64,000 nt of DNA from Trichoplax sp. H2 (Eukaryota): contig NOWV01000119.1 in the NCBI GenBank assembly GCA_003344405.1, forward strand, positions 62,001-126,000, given 5' to 3'. This document shows positions 1 through 12,200 of this stretch, piece by piece. The notes under the pieces were generated by a model that was not told the origin of the DNA, made no database searches, and was given only the letters and a program-made list of their open reading frames with translations. Position numbers and translations under genes: made by a program. Positions within the stretch are counted from its first letter, which is position 1. Each line of letters opens with the position of its first letter.

Positions 1-102
1 AAATTTACACAATAATATTTAATAGCTATTCAGTAGAAACATGATCACTAGTTGTTCGTCATACCAAGACTGATCAATGATCGATATTGCAATGGACGAT
101 TA

Positions 103-1187
103 TTACCCTTGCTGTTTTAAGCTTCTTAAAGGCTTATCTAGATGGCGGCAAAGTATTTGTGCCTACAGTAAGATATAAAAACAGTAATGTTAGTAAAACT
201 TACGTCGTAGATATCACGATTACAACTATATGCAACTGTAAATATTCATAGATGATCTTGTTAAATAATTTAGAAATTTAGACCATAAATTTATAATAAT
301 AACAATTTCATCAATCTCTTGGTTTAAAAAGGCCTGCATGTCTTAACCTTTGCTTTAATTAAACCCATAGCGGCCGAAGGCTTGGCAAATATGCATAACA
401 ACATGTTGGCAGCGTTAGAGATGACAACCTGACCATCCTACAGTTATAACCCATTATTTTAATATCAGAAATAAGTTGGACTGATCATAATGCTATCGGG
501 AAAGATGCATTCGTAGTCATTCTATCATCGTTTAGGCGTAAAACAAATTAAATTAACAATGAAAAATTTTTGTGCTATACCTTTCCATCGATCATAATCA
601 TGTCTAAGTCATCAGAATACAATACCATTTGACCTAGGTGTACATAGGAGGACCAAATATTTGATGCGATAGCTGCAGAGGAAGTTGAATCTTCATCTGT
701 ATTTCGATTGGTATAAGCAACTAATGATCCTTCTAATGTCATAAGCCTATAAATAGACAGAATATTAATATGTTTCGTGTTATACAGCAATGCCTAATTC
801 ATTAACTATACACTATCATTCCTTTTAAACGTGATGGTAATGAACTACCCATGGCTGCAAAAGATTAATATCACAGATTCAAGATTGAAAATCTCAATCA
901 ATAATCAATTTAAAACTAGATTAAAATGAACTCATGAATCAGTATAGGCATTTGAATATCTTAATCAATACTTCATTTTAAACTTGATGAAATGAATTCA
1001 CAAATCACTATGGCTATCCTATTTCGCCAGAAGTACACATAAGATAAAATAAAAAAGTTGCTGTTGAACAAGACATTTAACCAAGTACAATATTACGCTT
1101 ACTACGTTCTCGTACTTACACAATTCCAACGATATCAGAACTGTGAGCTTCATTCAAAATTTCGTGTAAAACTTTGGTTTTAAGCAT
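103..1187 (-). CDS. LAMTOR2: Ragulator complex protein LAMTOR2 (p14, roadblock domain), 4 exons: 1187-1120, 746-581, 437-348, 162-103
   Basis: The spliced translation MLKTKVLHEILNEAHSSDIVGIV-LMTLEGSLVAY...AAIASNIWSSY...-DGQVVISNAANMLLCIFAKPSAAMGLIKAK-AQILCRHLDKPLRSLKQQG* matches the LAMTOR2 motifs EGSLLAY, AAIASNIW, LLCMYAK and GMLKAKAQ. All introns are GT-AG with consistent phases. Confidence 0.93.
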
Positions 1188-1356
1188 ACAAGGCGATGAT
1201 ACTTCATTATCATAATCATTCATAGCTGGTAATCAACTCTAAAATTGTGGAATCCAATGAAAAGATGATCCAAATACGATTTCCACCCAAATAATTTATT
1301 AACAGTAAAGGAAAGTTAATGCGGCCTGCAATATCAAGCTTCCCGAACTGTCCAAC

Positions 1357-2000
1357 ATACAGTACAGTACACTGTATAGTTGAGAATGCAATGTACTGTA
1401 CACTGTCAAAATTCATTTTTACTTTGTACTGTAGCAATTCTCGTTCTTTAATGAGTAATTACGAAGTACTGTACTGTAGACGTTGTACGAGTATTTTAAT
1501 GACGGATTCATGTAAATCAATTCTTTCTCTATCGACTGATACGAAATCTGTTATAAGATCAAATTTGTAATACAGTATATTTCATTTTCACAAAAATCCA
1601 TAAATATTAGCCCTTCCACCCTTCCACCCTGCACTATACTGCAAACTGTGCAATTCATACAGTACAGTATAGCAGAATGATTCCTTTAATGACTACTGAC
1701 GGTAGTAGGCTGTAATAGTACGTAGCCTATAAAATGGCCAATTTTGTCGAAATAGAGATCGTGTCTTCAACATCAATTTTAATATTATACGTCCAATAAG
1801 GGGTTTGTTTGACTCCGTAACTAATCACTAGAGACCTTCTTCTAAGTGTACATATATAATAATCCTCTATTACTGTAAAAAATTCCAATACATTATTTCG
1901 CCAAAGTTTTGCCAACAATGAGAATTATTGACCGAGCAGCTACTGCACAGTACCCTGTAGTACAGTACAGTACAGTATACAAAGTAGTACACACAGTCCA
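1357..2000. promoter_or_regulatory. TAC(A/T)GTA-rich motif clusters upstream of LAMTOR2
   Basis: Repeated TACAGTA/TACTGTA units at about 1357-1480, 1655-1670 and 1940-2000, including TACTGTACACTGT at 1394-1406. The regulatory role is inferred from position. Confidence 0.5.
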
Positions 2001-2425
2001 GTAGCTTGAGTGCATTACTTTGATGCAGAATTCTCCTCTAGTCATCATCGGGAATTGTTGACTTGCACATAGGGATTCGGCAAGCATTGTGTACCAGCAA
2101 TCATAAGACAGAAAATAGAATTGAATCATTACGTTAACTCGTTGAAGTTATGGTTAGTTACCGAGTACACCATACAGTAATCAAAGTACAAAAAGGGACG
2201 CTATACAGCTCGTCAAGCTCACAGGCCCAGACAGGATTTGCTGTAAGAATTTTCCTCCAAGTATCCCTATTCCTGTGAGGTCGAAAACTGGAATATGTAC
2301 TGCTTACTGTAGTTAGTTTGAAAGTTTTTTTTATCATATTCACGGAGGAAAGAATGACAACACGGAGTTGACTAGCGACTAATAATTCATCAAAAAGGAC
2401 AGAGGCATTCATAGCAAGGAATGGG

Positions 2426-2432
2426 AAAAAAA
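2426..2432 (-). terminator. RNA polymerase III terminator (T run) of tRNA-Leu
   Basis: An A7 run on + gives T7 on -, 8 nt downstream of the tRNA 3' end. Confidence 0.7.
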
Positions 2433-2440
2433 TTAGGCCC

Positions 2441-2562
2441 TGTCAGAAGTGGGATTCGAACCCACGCCCACATACGTGGACCAGAATTCTCTCTCGCTTT
2501 ATATTACGAGAAGACATATTGAGTCTTGAGTCTGGCGCCTTAGACCGCTCGGCCATCCTGAC
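2441..2562 (-). tRNA. tRNA-Leu(CAA) with a 38-nt intron (2487-2524)
   Basis: The reverse complement reads GTCAGGATGGCCGAGCGGTCTAAGGCGCCAGACT-CAA-G [intron] TTCTGGTCCACGTATGTGGGCGTGGGTTCGAATCCCACTTCTGACA. It has a canonical A box, a long variable arm and a GTTCGAATCC B box, with the intron after position 37. Confidence 0.97.
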
Positions 2563-2624
2563 ATACCTTAGATAGGACGGGAATTTTTTGTCTTTTAAAT
2601 CAATCACGTAACAGCTTTCAGCGA

Positions 2625-2655
2625 AGTACTGTACTATACGGTACAGTGTACAGTA
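2625..2655 (+). promoter_or_regulatory. TACAGTA motif cluster upstream of GOSR2
   Basis: AGTACTGTACTATACGGTACAGTGTACAGTA contains ACAGTGTACAGTA at 2643-2655, about 325 bp before the GOSR2 ATG. Confidence 0.5.
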
Positions 2656-2980
2656 GGGGTGTTACAGTCCAAAGTTCCCATATCAATCAACTGCTTTCCA
2701 TACCATGGCCGTTAATGAACTCTAAATACAGCTTTCAGTATAGCCAACGATAAACTGAATGGAATAGCATTACTAAAAACCTACAGTACTATAAATATTG
2801 TCTACTGTAACAACAACGCACTGTAGTGCAATCGTGGCACTTTTCCATTGCAAGATCGATCGATGGGCGATTGGCAAGTTGGAGAAATTTTCATCGCAAG
2901 CCATTCGATTATCCCTTCTGATTGACATTTACAACATCTTCGCTTGCATTCTGAGCTTCATCTATCAACCCATAGCAGCC

Positions 2981-5900
2981 ATGGATATTCTACTAAATCA
3001 AACCAATAGGTATTTGTTTTTATACGCTCTAAAACCAAAGGGGAAATTGCTATTTATTATGGTTATGATGGTGACACTATCCAGACATATATTGAAATTG
3101 AGACTTGAGAGATTAGATCACTGTATCGCAGTTAAAATGTTTCCTATACCTTATCAGCTATTTCTATACAAATTTGTATAGAATTATCTCTTAAAGTATC
3201 GTTTACTTTATGATTCAATACTACAGGTATATTGGTACTACTCCAACGATTCCACTAGTTTTATCTTTGATATAGCTAAGTTGTAAAGTAAATGATTCGT
3301 AGGAATGTTTCCGAATAAGTGATTGGACTAACTCTACATTATTATACGTGTCGATCATAGATTAATCCATGAAATTCAAAGTTATCTTCAGCAAATTGCC
3401 TACCAAGACGATGAGCAAGCCAAAGGTATCTAGTGATAGTAAACTATTGTATCATGTGTACACAACAATTTTATTGCTATTTCCATGGCTATGTAGCTAT
3501 CTATAGGAAATTGATTGCGTCGTCAGTTGTCGTACTAAGTGATGTTGCCCTCCTACTTAGCCAAATAATTCCTTATTCGCGTAATGATATTGTTAGCCAC
3601 ATTTAATCAATCGATATACAGTCTTATGATCATACGATTGTGGGTATAAAATTCGATCTCACTCTTGGATTATTAAATCAGTTAGTGAAAATGGCATTAC
3701 TTGCCGACTCCAGCAATTATCCACAAATTGTGAAAAATTACAAATTCAAGTTTCCAAGTTGCCTGCAGCTCAACGCCAAAATGTAAAATAGTAAGGAATG
3801 GATTTGATACAGTAATTCTAATAACTGATTAATAATTATCCTGCACCGATTGTAATAAATGTTACAATGGATAGATTAGCCATCTATATATTAATTGACT
3901 ATAGCATTTTAGTAAGCCTGTAATAAAGCCAGTTCCGAAGTTTAAAAGTATAATGGCAATCATACAGTATATCCCTATGAGACGAAGTACTATCGCCAAT
4001 TCTAATTTCCATTACAAACATTACTATACCGCTACTGTCTAACCACATACATAGTTCCAAATTTTAATTACCGTTGCTCTAAAATTTGGGGAACTGGATA
4101 TCATTTAGAGAGAGTGAAACTTTTGCCTTAATATCTGTTCTGTATATAGTAACTGAATTTATTTAGATACACGTATGCGTCTAGAACATATCCAGTAGGC
4201 CGGATCAGATTGCAGAATGTTAAAAAACTTCAATCTTAGACAATTCCATATCTTGCTATATTACTGTCACAAACTCGTCTTTGTGATCCGACTAAACTAT
4301 TTTACTAGCTACCTAGCGAGCTCCTACCAACTAAGGAGATAAAGTAATACTCTGAATTAGACTGACTACTGTCTCACAAGTACTATAAGTGGCTAGAAGT
4401 TTGTTAAGCTTTTTAAGAGTCTTTATTCTAAGTGTATATATACAAATAGTATGAACCTTCGTGTACAACGAAGAGATAGTAACTGAGCAATCAAAACGTT
4501 ACATTAGCTTGTATACATTTGCCATAAACTAATGGGGCATTGTTGAAATATGCCGGTTCTACAATTTTACTTACGTTAGTATTAGAATGAAAGATAAATT
4601 TATAATATAACACATTATAGAATCTAACAGTAAACAACCTTAATTAATATAAATCAATTAACGATCAATTAAGACCTAGAGAATCCGCACTACTAAATCA
4701 TTTAAGAGACTCAAATTAATAATAACTCAATAATGAGTAAGGTTGGTGCTAAATTAAATATCATAATAAACATAATCATGTCATAGTCCATTATCACATC
4801 CAACTAGAAATTAATTTGCACATAACAAGAATTAATATCCTGACAATTACATTATCATTAGTCCCTCCAAGTTTAAATAACGGTTAAAAACTTAAAGAAT
4901 TGACGATAGTGTAATATAGGATGATATGGAATTATCTAAGCATGATAATTTTAAATTATGCGCTTTCTGGATTGGCCTAATATCCAGTTATCAATAATTA
5001 TAATAAAATTGTTAATATTATTCTCGTATTATCTCCAAGTTAGTAATATGCAGACATCTGCAAACAATCGTAGCTTAGTCAAATCGAATCCCTGATAATT
5101 TTAACCGTATTAAAGCTATTCTTGATAAGATAATTGTAACCTCAAATTCATCTCTTATGATAGCCGAATAGATCAAGTGGTATATGATTACAAACACTTA
5201 CAATCTGGATATAATCAATATCTTCAAGCTAAAGAAACAAAGGTAGATCTTTTTAAGTTAATAGCAATAAAATGAATGGGCCCTGTTCTCAATTTGTCAT
5301 TTTAATTACAATAAACGGGTTCTTATAAAATCATTACCATTCTTCTTCAATAATTTTCTAACATCTTTTCTTATTATTATATTTCTAGCAGCGAGAGGCT
5401 AGAGAGCGAGAAGAACTCTTATCCCAAGACTATAAAACCAATGCATGTATTTAGCTTAGTTATAATATTTTTTCAACGTAGTCTTTTCATTATTACCGTA
5501 CATCTCAGTTAGGTAATTAAGTAATATGTAGATTACATTATCCTTTCTATCCATTTCAGCAAGAGACAGCTATCGATATGGACAATTCTTTATTACATAA
5601 TCGATCACTGACAAATGCAAATCGACAAATGGACGATTTGCTTACTTCTGGTGCAAATATCATGTCGGATATTAATAACCAAAAAAGCATTCTAAAGGTA
5701 GATACAGTAATATTCAATCTGCTGATTTCTCTATTTTCCAAAAATTTATATCACTCCATTTAACTCAATTCTGCGCCCTGAAAATTTAATTAAAAGTAAA
5801 TAATGCTATCGCGTTATTATTTTACCGCTGTGATAATTTTAACTGTGCTTAATTAGCATGATATAAAAGAATGCTTCGCTAAATTCTGATTATGCATCCA

Positions 5901-6317
5901 TCACTACCTACTAGAATACCCATAAAAGGTTATTAGATATCGGCAATACGTTAGGATTATCCACGACCGTCATGAGAATGATCAATAAACGAGCTGCTCA
6001 GGTAACGTACAAAACGATACCTTAAAATTCCTCTATTTTTTTAAGTGATGTTGGCATTACCGTTGTATTGTCATTACATCTTATTGGATTCAACGGTAAT
6101 GGTAAATATTTTTATCTTGGTACTTTTGTTAATGATTAACTATTGCTTTCTACACTATCACCTTTTGAAAGAGTTATGATTACTCTATGGCATCTAACAC
6201 ATAAATATTTCGTTTAATTTTCTATTTTAAATTTTTGTATAGGATTACAGGATATTTATCGCTGGAGTTATAGTGTGCTGTTTGTTTATGTATGTGATCA
6301 TAAAGTATCTAACATAA
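2981..6317 (+). CDS. GOSR2: Golgi SNAP receptor complex member 2 (membrin/Bos1 Qb-SNARE), 8 exons: 2981-3009, 3361-3425, 3682-3790, 5164-5242, 5389-5442, 5560-5697, 5915-6001, 6243-6317
   Basis: The translation MDILLNQTNRLIHEIQSY...QRQNVKYRIDQVVYDYKHLQ...EREELLSQ...MDDLLTSGANI...THKRLLDIGNTLGLSTTVMRMINKRAAQDYRIFIAGVIVCCLFMYVIIKYLT* follows GOSR2 along its length, including the SNARE motif LGLSxTVMR and a C-terminal TM anchor. Confidence 0.93.
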
Positions 6318-7219
6318 TTTACTTATTGATAACATATATAATATTGTACAGAATTAGGATTCATTTACCTAATAGCAGCATAACGTTGTATGCTTGAGTT
6401 CATCCTATAACGTATATTAATTTAATTAGATGAAAATTTATGAATACGTCCTTTAAAAGAAATATCTTATATCTGCTATCTATCTCATCGATTACTATTA
6501 TACGTATATCTCCTATCATTAAATTTGTTGGTAAATATGTTCGAAAGTTGTGTAAACGCGCATGCATGACTTTTTCGAGTCCTATCTGATGTTACAACCT
6601 GTTAACGTAAATTACGATAATTGCAATAGGTAATAATTGCTTATATTTGAGTCACTATATACTCTTCGAAGTTAAATCTATAAAGTATTATTACTATAAA
6701 CGTATACGTAATCTATTTTTAATTGTAACCCCTGTAAGGTTCATACCTTAGTTATGATTACTTTGATTTAATCCATATCTTTTGCAATATCTTACATTCG
6801 TTTTCTGAAAATGTAACAAGATAACTACAGAAATCGTATTACTTATATTATTTTTAAGTATAAATAAAGAATAGGTCTACTTTGCTATTTCATTATGCTT
6901 CCTCTTAATAGCCTAATATCTCAGGAATTCAAAATGTGTACGCTGAAGATTGCATATTTGCCAGAGGGAGAATTATGATCAAAATCGTATTGAATGACTA
7001 TATCATTTGATAGTGTAGATTACACTATGAGCCGTTTCACAAACTTCCTAAATACTTTTATATAACTTCATATTCTAACTTAAATAATTCAGAACTGTTA
7101 AAAACATTTCAGTGTACTAACTAAACAAACTGAGCCGATATAGAGCAAGTAAGGAGATCGCGATAAAAATCTAGGCTATTCGCAATCCTCACATAACATC
7201 GTATTATACTGTATTAATG

Positions 7220-7659
7220 TGTCACGGTAAGAACTACCGTGAAGAAATAGCCATCTAAGTTTGGTTAATATAATATAGTGATAATATATTACAACTAGTT
7301 ACTTACAGTAGGAATTACTTTAATTATAAATGTGTTACAGTAAATTTAATGCTGTGCTGTAATGTGCACTGAAATGATTCTGTGCATGAACATATTGTAG
7401 TCCGACTGTGAAAATTAGTTAGTAGATGTTTTCACCTAAGTATTTTTATAAGATGACTCGTGAATGTTAGCTGCTGTAGAAGGGTATATAAGCCCGTCTG
7501 ATAGTTAAATAAAGTAGTTCTCAATTGTATAGTTGCTTTAACGTAGAAGCAAAGGCGTCTAAATTCTTGTGAGGTAGTTAAGGGATACTGAATCCCAGAG
7601 ACTATGGTAATTTGGAGATTTGTTTTACGTTATCCTCGTCACGAAGCTGGTTTGTGACA
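7220..7659 (+). mobile_element. Solo-LTR-like element, copy 1 (440 bp), TSD TAATG
   Basis: It starts TGTCAC and ends GTGACA, flanked by TAATG at 7215-7219 and 7660-7664. It contains TATATAA (7485-7491) and AATAAA (7508-7513) and is homologous to copies at 25597 and 48331. Confidence 0.85.
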
Positions 7660-9274
7660 TAATGTTACTTTAATATCTAAACATATCGGTATATGTGTGC
7701 ACTAATACCGGTTATAAAGGCTACTTACTAGTAGCGATTCGTGATAATTATGGTTGGAAATACCTCATCGAGCAGCAAAGAAAATATTAAAGACAGATGA
7801 CATAGTAAATTTTTATTAATTCTTTTAATGTGATCGCGAATCGCAATAATTTTTACTGCATATCATATGTACAATTGAAGTAATCTCAATTTAAAAAGCA
7901 TACCATAAAATACTACTTTCTAATATGATGAATATTCTTGAACAATATTAGAATCGTCATCCTAAAAGTAGCAACCATGTAGAACTTTGAGATATCATTA
8001 AGTTAGTTTGCTATCGTTAAATTAAAGCATGTCATAACATTTTCTCGTTACAATATCAATATACTATAACTATCACATACTTATCTACAATAAATTGCAG
8101 TTCAATTAGCAACACTTTTGCTTACATATGACAGGATTACTAATATAACATAGTAAATTTTGTAGCCATGCTATGAAATTATTTGAAGACGGGTATAGCT
8201 GAGCATCATTTACAGCTATTATTATGCATAGACTATCGAAAAGGCAATAGTCAATTGCTATAAAAGTTTAAATTAAATATATAAGTAAATAGCTATAATT
8301 ATATTATATTATTGGCAGAAATAGATTTAATATTACCATAATTAATACAGATTTGACATTAAGTTATCAGTCTAACGCTATTATTCAGTTCTAAATAGCG
8401 AATCACTTTCCATACGTAATATTATGGAGAGCATAGTGCCTTTAGTTGAAATAAAGCATTGGGAGACTCGAGATTTTTCAATTGAAGTGGAAATAATATT
8501 TTCAAATAGCTTAAAAAGTAATATAATTTCTTAGCTGCTGTAAATGACTAGGCAATATAGATTTATTTAATGATCCATAGATTATGACTTAGAATCAGTA
8601 GAGGATATACGAGCATATGGTCTCATTTCGTCCGAAATTGCAATCAAATATGCAAAATTAAAAACTAATGAACTATCCGATGCAATCATTCTATCTACAG
8701 TATTAAATGCAATACTGTACGAATTCTTCGATCTTACATGAACAAGATTAGAAAGCGCAATTTCCTGCAGTTCGCATTTTTTTACATCAAATGGTACCAC
8801 TATACACCCGCAAAAAGGTATCGAAATCACTTTCTGTTAAAATTTTGTATCGAAAGATTGATATGGAATAAATAACATGAGAATTACGACAAAATTTGTT
8901 TTGAAGCAATGTACAACTCTTAGACACGTAATCATATTTTCTTAATGATTAACCTACTATAATACAAATTTATCAATGGAGAGTATCCATATTTTAGTTA
9001 GTCATCATATTAGAAATAAAATTGCTATTAGCATGAATATTTTTAAACGAACTTTACAGTATCGATAGCCATAGCATTTTTAATTTAAAGTAAAAGGTAC
9101 AATTATAGCAAAGCCACTTAGTCATACATATTCTTTCAATATTTTCCGACTGTTATTTCATCATTCTGATAGAAATTAAATCATATAATCTAATAACTTA
9201 AATAAATTATATTAAAATTTGAAGTTTGATATCTAAAAAATACATAAATACCAAGACTTGTTAAGATTAAAATA

Positions 9275-12200
9275 TTAATCCGTAAGAATCTGGGGCGAAG
9301 CACAACCAGTTTCATGGTCAGTTGTATCATCGTAATCCGTGTAGTCAGTTACGCAATTGATATTCTCAATTGCGGAGGGTTTATCTTTTTTATTAAGTAG
9401 CCTTCTTAATTCATCAATAGTATTGTTTTTCTAATGAAATATCAATAAAAATTAAAGTTTAGATAATTAAGATAAGATTCGAGATAATTTACATCTAAAG
9501 AAATAAGACAGATATATTTATCATTGATGCTGTCAATAATATGAATGGCTCCTTGATTGTGTACGGTAATACTTCTAAATACTTTTTTATGGGTAAATGA
9601 AATATATAACTGCAAAAAAATGATATACATCTAACAACATAACTAAACTGCCTATTTACCCGATGCAAAGATGCTTCTAATCGTGTTACTTTGGATAATA
9701 AATCAGCTTCTTTAAAACTTGTCATCCGGTGAGGATAAATTGAACTTCCGCACTCGGTGATGGGCATGTTAGGATAAGTTATAGTTTCAGGAACGTTAAT
9801 TCTCTTCAGCTCTGTAATCTAAAGTATTAAAGTAATATTCTATCAAATAATAACTATATTACATTAAGTATTAAAGCTATCTAAATTATTATATTGTTAA
9901 CTATTAAATTCCATACAAGCATACCTAGCGGCAATAAGAATACTTGCTAAACTAACATAATTTATTTGCAGCATTTACGTTATAATTAACTTCAGTAATA
10001 TTACTAAAAGGAAATTTCAAGTTACCTTTGGGATAAAAACCAAGAATAATGTTGCAGTTGTACAAAAAATGATAAATACAGACATTAAAATAAAAGCTGC
10101 ACTTGGATAATCCTCCAAAACAGTTGATAATGGTATGCAAATTGCACATAAGATAACCACATTATAAACGGATGCACCGATATAACGTGAATCATTTAAC
10201 GCTGGTATACTGACTTTACGTGTCTCCCAGGCTAAATAAATACCAGCAATTAATAGTAAACCCTTGTAAGTATACAAAATCGTCAACCATATGCTAAAAT
10301 CACGACTTGCACACAACTCAATAACAGGGATCCGAACCGCATCGGAATCATTTAGGATTGGCTATACAAAAAATAATAAAAATAGCACGTATTTATTCCA
10401 ATGCTACCATATGTGAAATATCTGATGCAACTGAAATATTTATACTGCTACTTTATTTTGATTATACTGTAATAAGCTAGTATACAACCTGAAATCAGAA
10501 TCTGGCACATCTGCTTTCAATAATTGTGCATCAAATTAATAGATTCAGTAATTTTCAACTCAACATGGTAGCTAACCTTTTCTGCTAAATCTTTCGTTAC
10601 TCGCTGTAAAGGATCGACACCTTGCCATACCGATAATAAAACTATATCAGCTAAGAGGAGGAGACAAACACCTCCGAGTAGATGGGTATCAGTTAAGGCC
10701 CAAAGCTATAGTATTTCGTTTAAGGTAAAAGATAAAAAGATATTGCACAAGTTATATATAGGGTTTAAGCAATTGAAATTATATTTATAAATTTTTAGTA
10801 TCAATATTTGAAACCTACTGATAATTTTAATTTTTTGTTCTTGAATATCTTATATACGCGATAAGTTTTCGCAAATAGAGCACCAAATCCTAAGGTAAAG
10901 CCAAATACTGGTAACCAAGTTTTGACCTGCGTCGAAAAATGAAGATGATATTAATTAAAACTCTGAAACGCGCTACAAATATTGCAGATTGTAATACAGT
11001 GTGAAAATATATCAAATACTATCCAACAATTTCAATAATATGAACTAAGACTATACCACTGGAATTTATTATTATCATTAACTTAGAAAGAAACCGTAAA
11101 ATTAATATCATACTTACCACGCATACAGTAGAAAATTTAGAACCAGCTTGACTGGTTTTACTTGCATCCCCTGAAGTTAGTCCAAGAACGTAGACTGTAG
11201 AATATAGTAAGACCGAGCCAACTAAAATAATGTTGTTCAATCGTGGACTTGAAATTTTAATGAAACTAGAATATGAATTCAATGATAAGCTGAGCATTGT
11301 GTTGATAGATGTTGATTTTAAATTGTGTAATAGTCATTAGTAAAGCGCTTCTATAATTCCTGGCTAGCAGCTAAGTAAATATATACTTTTTACATATAGT
11401 GCTTCTCTATTACAGAATACCTGTTCTTGCGGTAGTAATTGTTGATAAAGAGGAAAATCAAGGCAACAACGATGCCAAATGATGTTAATACGCACATGAC
11501 AATGTATATAGGCGTCGATACATATTCCAGTGAGCGTATCATTACAGTAGAATCTTGCGGCTTTTTTCCATCTAATTTTGAAATTTAGAAATCATTCTAA
11601 TCGTACGTATATTCATCAAATTATAACACATTTTATCGCTATAGTATAACCATTATCACTTTAAAACTGTACTTACTAGGCCAGCTAATACTGTTGTTAC
11701 TCCACTGTAATATGGAGGTGGCCGCATAATAAAATCCAATAATGACTTTCTTGGGTTTTCCGTTACTATCTATATTATCCGTATTAAATGTCAGGAATGA
11801 TATTATTTACAATAAAATTCGTTTCTGTTTGCCTGGTGTTTGTATTCTAATAATTGTATCAAACAAATAGCTTCGAATTTTTATTTGCTAATACTCACAT
11901 CGCAATTGCGTAATGCTATCAACTCCAATGCGATCACCCTTACTGTCAAATTCCACAGGCCCCTACCGGTAACACAACGCTCATAAGTAATTATAAATAT
12001 AGTTCATACAACTAGAACATTAGCCTAGTTTAGTAGTGGTGCTAATATATAAACTAACTGACTATATATTACGTTGAAACAATTCATAAAGTCACTTATA
12101 TTAAATTGTTCTACTATCTCAAAATGCCGAATGTAGTACCGAGCATTTATAAATTTAATTACGTCGTATCCAACACTGGTAATGGCTGCATTACCGACTT

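Noticed and set aside
1216-2412. Short ORFs between LAMTOR2 and the tRNA
   Set aside because: They are Cys/Tyr/Thr/Val-rich translations of the TACAGTA arrays with no recognisable domain or splice logic.
2798-3181. 127-aa ORF on +
   Set aside because: Only MDILLNQTNR is GOSR2 exon 1. The rest is 5'UTR and intron read-through.
8582-8830. 82-aa ORF on -
   Set aside because: It has a non-ATG start, no recognisable motif, and lies in the probable 3' region of the GABA-B-like gene.
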